A DNA stretch of 64,000 nt from the NCBI GenBank assembly GCA_963693365.1, contig CAVNZM010000002.1:14355615-14419614 (forward strand). Direction: 5' to 3'. Made by a program: the position numbers and the translations under genes. This DNA is from Amoebidium appalachense (taxonomy: Eukaryota; Protista; Ichthyosporea). Below are positions 1 through 30,720 of the stretch, one piece after another (position 1 is the stretch's first letter; each line of letters starts with the position of its first letter). The notes below the pieces were generated by a model, which worked only from the letters and a program-made list of their open reading frames with translations, was not told the DNA's origin and did not search any database.

Positions 1-5756
<5,756 letters not shown>

Positions 5757-6106
5757 TTCAATTTCCAAATTTCGGTAATATTGGAGGGGGTTCGGGCCAT
5801 TGGGTTATGAGGCAAAGGTGCCGTATGCATCGGTTCTTCCCTTTTTTAACTACTGCAAGAGTATGTGTTGACATTTGTGCATAGTGGAAAATACTACTGT
5901 TCAAGCAACGTTACGTATATCATGAAACCTTCAGATACCAGGAGGATGATGGTTTACCGAATTTCGATGGAGTCTTTACTTATTTTAATGTTTCTAAGTC
6001 ATTTGCCGTCGTTTGGTGCCCTTCTATTTTTGCATTCCCCCTCCAGCCGTGTTTGAACTTCGGGGAGCCCTGACCGGGGAAAGGAGGGGGGAAAGGGTGG
6101 GTGGGT

Positions 6107-6139
<33 letters not shown>

Positions 6140-6485
6140 GGGGGGAAGATATGATAACAGGGTCTTACCAGGCACAGTCGTAATGTAGATAATGTCGGAT
6201 TGTCTGTTGGCGTTTATGTATCCCTTTATGTCAACTAACTGTTGTTTTGGGCAAATGAAGCCCTGTGATTTAGCCATGTGAATATGTTCTGTTGTGCAAC
6301 ATAGTAACTAGCTGATCTGAAAGACACTGGTTTCAGTGTATGTAGTGGCATAATAGCGGTGGTAAACTAATAATAAATTCAAATCGACCTTACACTTATT
6401 GGATAATATATAAAAGTGCATGCACGTAACCGTTTTATGCAATACTATCAGATGGATACATGCTATGTACGACGGTAAAAATAAA

Positions 6486-7279
6486 CAAGAGAAAACTGTT
6501 ACACACCTCCTGTGACTCACCTGCGACTTCTAAGCCTAGGAACCGCCACTGCGATAGGGACTCTGCAACAGATGCAACCCTTTAAAATTTCTGCTTCCAT
6601 CACACTCTTTCTCCTAGTCCGGGGCTTCTGCAGTCCCTTTAAACGTTGACCCCCCTCCCTCCCCTCCCCCCTCCCCCCCCCTCCCCCGGCCCCTCCTCCT
6701 CCTCCCCTCCCCTCCCACCTGTAATGTATTGTTCTCTAAGAGGGGGCCCTTAGGCGAGGAAAGAAAGGGCCCACACATGTACAAGAACTTGCGTGAGTAT
6801 GTTATGATTTTGTATGTGCTTGCATGCACACCGTAAAGCAGTCTGTAACCCAACACGCTCTATCGCATCGTGGCACTGTTGAGGACTTGTTCAAGTTTTT
6901 GCACACCTGTGACGGCCGAGTGTATGTATACACGGGGACTGGGGCTGCCATACTTACAGGCACAAGAGAAAACTGTTACACACCTCCTGTGACTCACCTG
7001 CGACTTTTAAGCCTAGGAACCGCCACTGCGATAGGGACTCTGCAACAGATGCAACCCTTTAAATTTCTGCTTCCATCACATTCTTTCTCCTAGTCCGGGG
7101 CTTCTGCAGTCCCTTTAAACGTTGACCCCCCTCCCCCCCCCCCCCCCCCCTCCCCTCCCTCCCCTCCCCCCCCCCCCCCCCCCCCCTCCCCGCCCCCCTC
7201 CCCCTCCCTCCCCCCCCCCCCCCTCCCCCCCCCCCCCCCCCCCCCCCCCCTCCCCGCCCCCCCCTCCCTCCCTCCCCTC

Positions 7280-7314
<35 letters not shown>

Positions 7315-7418
7315 CTCCCCCTCCCCCCCCCCCCCCCCCCCCCCCCCTTCCCCCGGCCCCTCCTCCTCCTCCCCTCCCCTGCCGCCTGTAATGTTTTGTT
7401 CTCTAAGAGGGGGCCCTT
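6486..7418. repeat. Direct duplication (6486-6751 and 6963-7418) with an expanded C-rich insert in copy 2
   Basis: Near-identical CAAGAGAAAACTGTTACACACCTCC...AAACGTTGACCCC...CTGTAATG...TAAGAGGGGGCCCTT in both copies. The C-rich part is ~70 nt in copy 1 and ~260 nt in copy 2. Confidence 0.9.
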
Positions 7419-7964
7419 TGGGGTCTCTCGTATGCATGGGGACTACTGAACCGCCTTCCAGTGAGTACCGACTGTACCTAGCCAGGGTGCTAAACTGAAA
7501 TTTAATGCATTTCAAAAGTTTATAAGCTATATTGATACCAATATATATCAGAGTACACACGCTATAGCCCAGGGCCCGGGTTAACGTTTAATTTTGAACA
7601 ATATGGTTGCTTTAGTTGGATATTAAAGGCTAAAGCTTCTAAGGTGTATCTTTCTATTTTTCTGTAATAACGACATTTCCTAGTACGTAGCTATGTTTAT
7701 CGTAGTCCGGCCGTCTTTTGCATATTTCCCCCTCTCTTCTATTTTTTTTCTTTGCCTTTTTTTTTCTTTTCAGTCTCTTCTTCTTCTTCTTCTTTTTTTT
7801 ATTTAAAAATTTGGTTCCCGCCGGTATGTCGAGCAAGGGGCAGTGCCACTACCGAATATACTGGCAGTACATGACTTACTTGCATGGAACGACACGTGTA
7901 AGAATGTCACCACTCATGTGCACGTGTGGTGTTATGTTATAGCGTCTCAGACACCCTTTCATAG

Positions 7965-8005
<41 letters not shown>

Positions 8006-8206
8006 CCCCTTTATATATCGTTTCTGTGGCCTTTTACTATTACCTCATCATTACGAAACTATTATGTCAATATTACATCATAGCTTTGCATCTTGGCACA
8101 CCACGTGCTACGCCCCTGTTACGCATGAGTATTTGTGGCAACCCCTGCACGTGTACCAATAGTTTATGCACATGCAAAGTGGCACGCGAAAGTTGACATT
8201 GCATGT

Positions 8207-9280
8207 ACTGGTAGTAGAAGGTACAGTTGAGTTCCGATTGGTTGTTTAGTCATTTGTTTATCAGCTGGTATTCGTTATAGTCATATATGGAAAATGTAAG
8301 TGCTCTGCTATTGGATCTTCTGGACTCCGAGACTGGGGCTCTCCGCGAAACTATGTAAAGAAAGCCTCGGTCAAACACAAACACTCTACTCAGAGTAGGC
8401 AACTTAGATACTCTCGAGATAGTGCGCCACAACACGCGCACTAACATTACACTCCGACTTTCCTTTACTGCTCTTAGTACCCGTCTCTACTTATTCCCCT
8501 AACATCTGAGCTACACCCAAGTCACAACTGCTCGGTGTGTTTTGTTCATCCCTGTACATGTCACCATGCGCAGCCACTATGGACGGCCCCGCCCCGCACC
8601 CCGTCACCCTGGACGGTGGTCCGCGTCCCTCCCTTTCCGGGTGGCTCTCCTGGCTACCTGCACCGTGTTCACCGGCATCCTTAACCTCGTCACCGACGCT
8701 CCTGGCCTCTCCAACGTCCGCGGCCCTCAACACCTCCATGCCAGCCTGTGGAATTTAATGTGGAACTGAGGGCAGGGACGTTGGAGAGGCCAGGAGTGTC
8801 GGTGACGAGGTAAAGGATGCCGGTGAACACGGTGCAGGTGGCCAGGAGAGCCACCCAGACGCGGAAGGACGCGGACCACCGTCCAGGGTGACGGGGGACG
8901 GGGCGGGTCGTCCATAGTGGCGGCGCATGATAACAGGGATGAACAAAACACACCGACTCGGAGCAGCCTTGACTTGGGTGTAGCTGAGATGTTAGGGGAA
9001 TAAGTAGAGAGGGGTACTAAGAGCAGTCAAGGAAAGTCGGAGTGTAATGTTAGCTTCTAGTCACAACACGCGTACTATCTCGAGAGTATCTAAGTTGCCT
9101 ACTCTGAGTAGAGTGTTTGTGTTTGACCGAGGCTTTCTTTATATAGTTTCGCGGAGAGCCCAGTCTCCAGAAGTTCCAATAGGAGAGCACTTACTACATT
9201 TCCCATATATATAGCTATAACGAATACCAGCTCATAAACAAACGACTAAACAACCAATCGGAACTCTACATTCTACCAGT
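8207..9280. repeat. Large foldback (inverted repeat) with ~510 bp arms and a ~55 bp spacer
   Basis: 8207-8720 is the imperfect reverse complement of ~8776-9280. Ends are ACTGGTAG...CTACCAGT. No TSD seen. Confidence 0.9.
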
Positions 9281-9620
9281 TGTGAGAAAGAAATGGGGGT
9301 ACTCATCGACAGACCAACTTTTGGCTGTGTAGCCTACTGCCTTGCAATGTGCAAAAAGCTCCTTTTTATAGTTTCGGCTGGGACTGGATGACCACACACA
9401 GGACATTCCATCAATATCAATATATACTTACACCACGTTAAGACCACATTCTATGTCAAGTTCTAGTCCCACGCCATGTCTGTATTAAGTGTCTTCTTCC
9501 GCAACCTACCATTCTTGCTTGCTAAAGTCTGAGTCGGGTCAGCCTATCGGGCCTCATGTGACAGCATACATAAACTTTAAAGTTCTATGCAACAGTTTTA
9601 TGAGCGGTTTTGGAAACCGG

Positions 9621-10432
<812 letters not shown>

Positions 10433-11335
10433 ATCAAAATAACTTGAAATGAATTTGATAAAGGCGTATCACTTTGGCAACAAGGTATTACAGTGAGCAG
10501 GTTAACGTTACAGAGGTAACGGTATGTGCTACGTTACAGCTTGTGATATACACACAGCTTGTGTATCTGTGTGGGGTGTGAGGGAGAGTGAGTAGCCGTG
10601 ACATGTGTATTCATAGAGCTTAGGCTAGGGGAGGGGTGGGGGGTACATATTTGGTTTCGATCTAAATTCCGTTTCGCGAACGTGTGCATGAAATATGGAC
10701 GAGTATGAGGAATGTACACCTTGCTTCATGTGTTTGTATGTAGGGGTGTGGCGGTTTTTGAAGGTGTGTGAGTAGCATGCGGCACTGTTTGTGTGTGTGT
10801 GCGTGCGTGTGTGCGTGTGTGCGTGCGTGCGTGCGTGCGTTCGTGTGTGTAAATGTGCTACACGTGCAAGGTATCAGTGCCCATCGTATCATCATCAATC
10901 AAGCTTGGAGGCCTACCTAGGGGCGTAGCTAGCCCTTGGATTGATTATTCATGGTCGGGAGTCAGTAGGCCTACACACGCAGTATGTTGCACACATACAC
11001 ATGCAGTGCAGTGCATGACCACCAGTCATTCCAGAACCACGAGCTCGGCTGGACAACGTGTGACAAATTTCTCAGTAGTCAGCTGGCGGCGGCCGGGCTG
11101 GCCATGGCCATATGCCGGGGCGGGATGGGATATGAGAAACATCGGCGTGCTTGCCATGTATTGCAAACTGCAGCCAAGCCATGAATTCAACAGGGTGTGT
11201 GGCTGATGGTGATGGTGATGGTGGGGGCGGGAGGAGGAGGAGATGTTAAACAGTGGGGAGCTGTTATATGTATTTGGGCTGCTGTCACCACTTCAAGTTT
11301 CCAGGTTCTGGGAGGCCCTGCGTCAGAAGTGACTC

Positions 11336-12842
11336 ATATGGTTTTGCTCGTACTAGAGGTCTCTTGCAGGGTTCATTGCTTAGCCCCTTTTTGTTTAACC
11401 TATTTATAGATGATTTGGCTGTCAAGATTTACGCCGAAAACGATGACCCTATTAATAACTTTCCGCCTGCACTTCTCTATGCTGATGATCTGTCCCTCCT
11501 TGCCCGTACCCCTAGACGCCTGCAAAGATTGTTCGATGTAGTGTCAGAGTGGTGCAAGGCAAACCTTATGATCCTTAACATAGACAAATGTGGTGTTCTT
11601 GTACCTGATATAGCTAACAATTTACACACATTTACATTATCATCTAAACCTGTACCTATAGTTCCATAATACAAATATCTTGGTGTTCCGGTTGATTCTG
11701 TTGGTGTTATGTTTCCCCATATGGTCGAAAAGAGGGTAGAGTTGGCTCGTAAGCGGTTAGCTTTCTTCTCGGCTAATATTTTTAAAGACACACCCCTCCA
11801 TCCTTCTATTAGACTTACATTTATTCGCACTTTTGTCTTCCCGGCATGTGAATATGGTTTACCCCTTCTCGCCGCTTGGATCAAGAAAGAGAGAACTAGA
11901 GCGCTTAAACCCTTGGCAAATTTCCTTGAAGCAGAAGTTGCCTCCTTTCTATCTAACAACTGTTGTAAACCTGGGCCTGTAACGCTCTCGATATATGGTC
12001 TGGTCCCAATAGCTGCTAGAGTATCCTATCTCGCGCTGAAATTCAATAAGCACATAAGCCGCTTAAAGAAGTATTTGCCCTCCCACCCTCTCTTCTCTAT
12101 CCGACCTGTCCCCTCCTCACCTCTCCCCTCTTTCCTCCCCTCTCTCTCCCCTTCTCCCCTGGGCACAAATACAAATAAACCCCGCAATAGTGTGTGTGTG
12201 ACTTTGGACTGCCACTTACTTATTAAACATGTACACAATCACAAGATAATCACGCAATATAACAAATGGAAAAAGATACCACACGACACTAGACCCGATG
12301 AAAGCATACACCTTGAAAAACTAAGCCTTATGTCTCGTTTTATATATACTGACCGCCTCAACCATATTGCCAAATATGGCACTCGCAAGTGTATAACACC
12401 TAAATACATATTACCTTCCTGTAGAACTGGTCTTTCTCTAGCTGATGGTATTATTGATCAATTACCACGCTTTTACTGTACACGTGCTATACAGTGGAGA
12501 TCTAATAAGTATAAGGTGGCATCATTTGCATGCCCAAACAACACACACACACACCAGTTTAACCGGTCATGTATCGCCAAATGTAGTTTGATAGACCACA
12601 TAATACCGCAACACACACACGTCACATTCACAACAGACACCCAGAAAGATAGCCTACCTGTAAATTACAACATCCTTGATTTTATACTAAACACGCGTAA
12701 CTACGACCTGTTTATTAGATGTATTGATTGGCTTGAGAAACACATCACTACAAAATTATAGCGCACGCGCACACACACACACAAACACACACACACACAC
12801 ACACACACAACCAGCTGATACCGAGTGTCCCGAGGGGAGCCC

Positions 12843-12918
<76 letters not shown>

Positions 12919-13113
12919 GGGGAACCCCAACTAATTGATTTCTCCTTGTAGTCTTTATGGTGTCTCGTAGAGAAAGTAAACCCTGATATATAGTCACCAC
13001 CCGACATCTATGTACGTGATCATGATATACCGCTGAGGGGATATTCCGAGCAAACCCCCCCCCCCCCTACCTGAGACTGGTTCTCTTTGCCTCGAGTAAA
13101 CAGCGTAAACCCC
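11336..13113 (+). mobile_element. 5'-truncated non-LTR retrotransposon (LINE-like), copy 1
   Basis: Contains RT motifs, then (CA)n, an A71 tract (12847-12917) and a further ~196 nt. Flanked by the 9-bp direct repeat AAGTGACTC at 11327-11335 and 13114-13122 (TSD). Confidence 0.85.
11337..12761 (+). pseudogene. C-terminal half of a non-LTR reverse transcriptase ORF with one in-frame stop
   Basis: RGLLQGSLLSPFLFNLFIDDL...ALLYADDL...LNIDKC...PIVP*YKYLG all in one frame (TAA at 11667-11669), continuing to a Cys/His-containing C-terminus and TAG at 12761. Confidence 0.88.
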
Positions 13114-13590
13114 AAGTGACTCTCGTCCCCTGAGAATAAGATCTAGATATATCAGTCATCTATGACGTCAAAGAGTCACTTTCCATTGGCTGCCGTCTGA
13201 TCACTAAAAGAGTCTAGGGGGCTGGTTGCCGCGGAACGGCGCCGGCGCGCTTCGTTTTCTTTTTTTTTTTTTTGGGCTCGTGGGTGGGACGGCCTGAACT
13301 TAGCTCTAACCACGTGAGTGGCTGTTACTTAACCGACTTCACACACATGCATAAGTGCAGCACCGTACGTATACTGTTCAGTTCTAGTTATTATTATTGC
13401 TGAGCGCAGGATAAAATACCTGTTGTTGAAACTGACTTCCTCCGAGGTGTCCTCTTTCATAGGCTCCTGTTCCGACAAGTCGCAGGCAAATAGTGCACAA
13501 CACAAAGGTGGCTGTTTTACAGTAGTTAGATAAATGGGCGGCATATAAGGGTTACCTGTGCTGCCTGTGTTGGGAAACTTGGGAGAGGTT

Positions 13591-26920
<13,330 letters not shown>

Positions 26921-27445
26921 TCCAAATATATGTGTATGTGGTATGTGTGGTATTTGTGGTATGCGGGGTGGTATGTACACACATCGGGAACTATGCAGTT
27001 TAAAGCCATGGGTCGGTACAGTTGTCTGGGGAAGGGTGTGTTTATTATGTTCAATTATGTTGCATGCGCTTAAGGCTCGGAAATGTATAGTTTAGGCCAT
27101 ATTGTATGCTCGAGGTGTGTGGGTTGTGTACAGCTGTTCCTACCCTTGGGATGGCTATGTGCACCATTTCGTTTCAGCACACTTCGATGCAAATTGCTTT
27201 TATGCTTTTGTGGTATAGCGTGGGTGGGTGGGTATGCACGCAATCAAGTGTTAGTAGTCGTGTAAATCTTCTATTTCAGGCAATTCTTTGAACCTGCCGT
27301 AGGTTGGGATAATTCCCACATGCCGCGTAGATAGGGTTAAGACTTAGACGATGACAGGCGTGCAGACTACACACGATCACACGATCTGCACACACACAAC
27401 ACATTTACACACTTGCCTGCTTGCTTGCCGGCACACACAGGCATG

Positions 27446-27507
<62 letters not shown>

Positions 27508-27557
27508 CACACATGCACACATACCCACACACACACCCACACACACACACACACCCA

Positions 27558-27641
<84 letters not shown>

Positions 27642-27952
27642 CACGCACACGCACGCACACGCACGCACGCACGCACGCACACGCACCCATCAGAGGGCTT
27701 ATTCCCACACGCAAACACCCATGGTGCAGACACTGAATCAGGCACAACACTCGTATGGACATGCACGGTTATCTTCTCACCCCAGCTGAATGTGAACACT
27801 AGGTTTTTATGTTAGGCCACACATTCATCAACAGTGCACATGTGAGGTGTGCAGTTTATATATATGCTCCTCAAGGTTGAACTAAAAAATTTCTTTCAAT
27901 AAAGCGCGCTACTGCTGCAACCTATACGGAGCTTGCGAAGCGAGGTGGGAAA

Positions 27953-28135
27953 GGGGTTTACGCTGTTTACTCGAGGCAAAGAGAGACCAGTCTCAGGTAT
28001 GGGAGGTTTTTGCTCGGAATATCCCCTCAGCGGTATATCATGATCACGTACATAGATGTCGGGTGATGATTATATATCAAGGTTTACTTTCTCTACGAGA
28101 CACCATAAAGACTAAGCAATTAGTTGGGGTTCCCC

Positions 28136-28179
<44 letters not shown>

Positions 28180-28213
28180 CCCGGGCTCCCCTGGGACACT
28201 CGGTATGAGCTGG

Positions 28214-28274
<61 letters not shown>

Positions 28275-28750
28275 CGCGCGCGTGCGCGCTAGAATTTTGT
28301 AATGATGTGTTTCTCAAGCCAATCAATACATCTAATAAACAGGTCGTAGTTACGCGTGTTTAGTATAAAATCAAGGATGTTGTAATTTTCAGGTAGGCTA
28401 TCTTTCTGGGTGTCTGTTGTGAATGTGACGTGTGTGTGTTGCGGTATTATGTGGTCTATCAAACTACATTTGGCAATACATGACCATTTAAACTGGTGTG
28501 TGTGTGTGTTGTTTGGGCATGCAAACGATGCCACCTTATACTTATTAGATCTCCACTGTATAGCACGTGTACAGTAAAAGCGTGGTATGTGGTCAATAAT
28601 ACCATCAGCTAGAGAAAGACCAATTCTACAGGAAGGTAATATGTATTTAGGTGTTACACATTTGCGAGTGCCATATTTGGCAATATGGTTAAGGCGGTCA
28701 TTATATATAAAACGAGACATAAGGCTTAGTTTTTCGAGGTGTATGCTTTC
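27953..28750 (-). mobile_element. More heavily 5'-truncated copy 2 of the non-LTR element
   Basis: Reverse complement of ~12300-13113. The ORF end (MSRFIYNDRLNHIAKYG...WLEKHIITKF), (CA)n, A-tract and post-A-tract tail all match, and homology stops at the same AAACCCC end. Confidence 0.9.
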
Positions 28751-29145
28751 TCTTTTTTCTTAAAAGGTATTTTAGATCATTTATTACTTATGGAATTATC
28801 ATTGCTTAAATTTAAAGGTATTCGTCTTTATCTTTCAGGAAGACTTCCAGGTCGTGGTGGTAAACCTGCTCGTGCTAAACACTTCTCAGCGCACTATGGT
28901 AATCGGCCTTATCTTCTTTAACTATACCTTCTCAATATTCTTCTTCTACTATCTTTACTAATTAGGTGCTATTGGATTAAAGATCTTTCTTCGTTAATAA
29001 ATAATAAATTCACCTCTCCTAGTTGAGGGGCTAGTTCTTACTAACTTATGTTTAGTAAGAGAGGGTACTACACTATAATAATATAGCTGTAACAGATACT
29101 CTAAAATAAGAGTACTAAATTTTCCTCTCGCGCCAATACCATCTT
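28751..29145 (+). pseudogene. rps3: NUMT-like AT-rich fragment: C-terminus of organellar ribosomal protein S3 plus downstream AT-rich DNA
   Basis: FKGIRLYLSGRLPGRGGKPARAK...YGNRP/LSSL...YSSSTIFT/LGAIGLKIFLR* across small frameshifts matches the S3 C-terminal pattern (KGIRI..SGRL..ARA..G..PL..Y..T..G.IG.K). Abrupt shift to AT-rich codons (TTA, GGT, CGT). Right boundary approximate. Confidence 0.75.
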
Positions 29146-29170
29146 GCCTACATTGTTCTTCACAAACCAG

Positions 29171-29496
29171 GTCACTTTTTCGGTGTGGCACCCGCATTCA
29201 CATGGAAAAACGGGAGGCCATATCATCTCCACTGCGACGGTTTCGGGATGACCACGGAAAAACCAGACACTGATCAGCTATGGGAGAGCAACACGGGACC
29301 TACCAATGTCTCTGTCCAAATGTCTCGGGAAGGTGGCAAGTGCGAAGGCTGGTGCCTATTATATGTTAAGTTGAATTGGGCACGCATCAAGGATGTGCAT
29401 CTCAACTTCATGGTGTATGTGCCCGCCCGGGAACCACTGGTAGGCGTGGGCTCCCGCAAACTGACGTATGCTAAGTCAACTGTGGATGTAGTGTAG
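29171..29496 (+). pseudogene. Orphan terminal-exon-like ORF (~108 codons) with no visible upstream exons
   Basis: CAG acceptor, then an open frame of ordinary complexity, HFFGVAPAFTWKNGRPYHLHCDG...LTYAKSTVDVV-TAG. Upstream DNA is the NUMT and LINE. Confidence 0.45.
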
Positions 29497-30423
29497 ACGA
29501 CCTTGTGGATATCGGAGTTTTTTTGGGGGGGGGCTTTTTTGTTTTTTTTGCTGCCAACATGCCATTATCATTTGAACTGGAATGAAGGACATAATGCCTG
29601 CTCGTATTTAAATACACCGTGAATGTGCTGGTTGCATGCTGTCTGGATTTATTTCATGTAGGTGTATAAGTATAAGATCAAGATTGAAAATTATGCATAG
29701 AAGATATTTACGAATATAACATTGAATTGGCTGCTGTGTATGGTTCTTTAACGTAGTGACAACTAAATCATACAAAATATATATGCTGTCCACCGGCGGG
29801 GGGGTTTTATTCCATGTGAGCGGTACTTAGTCTATGTGAACCCAATTTAACATTGTGACGTAAGAATGATTAAGAATACAAGATGATTACGACTATATTA
29901 TAATGGTGTATTATCATGTAAGGTAAATGCAATGGCGATAAATACGGCAAACCACATGATACTACACCAGTTGCAACGAGTTGGTAAAACCCTGCTGTCA
30001 GTGGCCATGATTTCTTTTCGACCAACACACAAAGCTACAAGCTCAGGACACTTTAATGATTATACCACAACCCCCCCCCCCCCCCCCCCCCCCCCCCTCC
30101 TCTGGTCCCCCCCCAAATACATCATTTGCACCAAGATGATAAAAAACTGGTAACAGTAGACATGATCTTTTTTCCAGCACATGTCATAAGCTAAGGTCAC
30201 GACATTGATTGTTTATTACGCACACACAGTTTCTCCCACCACGTCATACAAACCCTCTGACCCCCCTGTCACCCAGGGTAGTAGGGGGGGGGGGGGGGGG
30301 GGTGTGCATTTTGGCCTGCCCGATATTCCCCCTAGACCAGTCAAATTTGACGACCTGGATTTTAATTAGAGATGACAACACTTTGGCCTGGACGACACTT
30401 TGGCCTGCAACCCCCCCCCCCCC

Positions 30424-30720
30424 TGTGGTAACTTGTGTTTGCTGGATTGTTTATTCTGGCCTCCGGGGCCCGCTTATATACCTTTGGCTGACATCCGAGA
30501 TGGATCCTGATTGGTAAATCTAGTTCTAGTGACGTCAATACATGTCTATCTACCAATCATATTACACCATCAAATGTTCTAGATCTATCGCGATCTACCC
30601 AGTGAATATCCCTGAATATACAAGATATCACCTATGACTAGTAAACACTTATCTATGCATTATTCTATCACTAATACCGAGTACACAGGGCATACTATTC
30701 CAATATTATGGATTCTAACA
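30424..30720 (-). repeat. 3' LTR of the copia element (297 bp)
   Basis: TGTGGTAAC...TTCTAACA; near-identical to 34017-34237 over most of its length. Confidence 0.85.

Noticed and set aside
7860-8215. Second inverted repeat beside the foldback
   Set aside because: Only scattered 7-9 nt matches, many of them self-palindromic (CATG, CACGTG). Too weak to call.
11667-11669. TAA as a sense codon in the RT
   Set aside because: It is a single stop in a truncated element, and TAA/TAG terminate the host genes normally.
12847-12917. A-tract as the LINE's terminal poly(A) tail
   Set aside because: Homology with copy 2 and the TSD both place the end at 13113.
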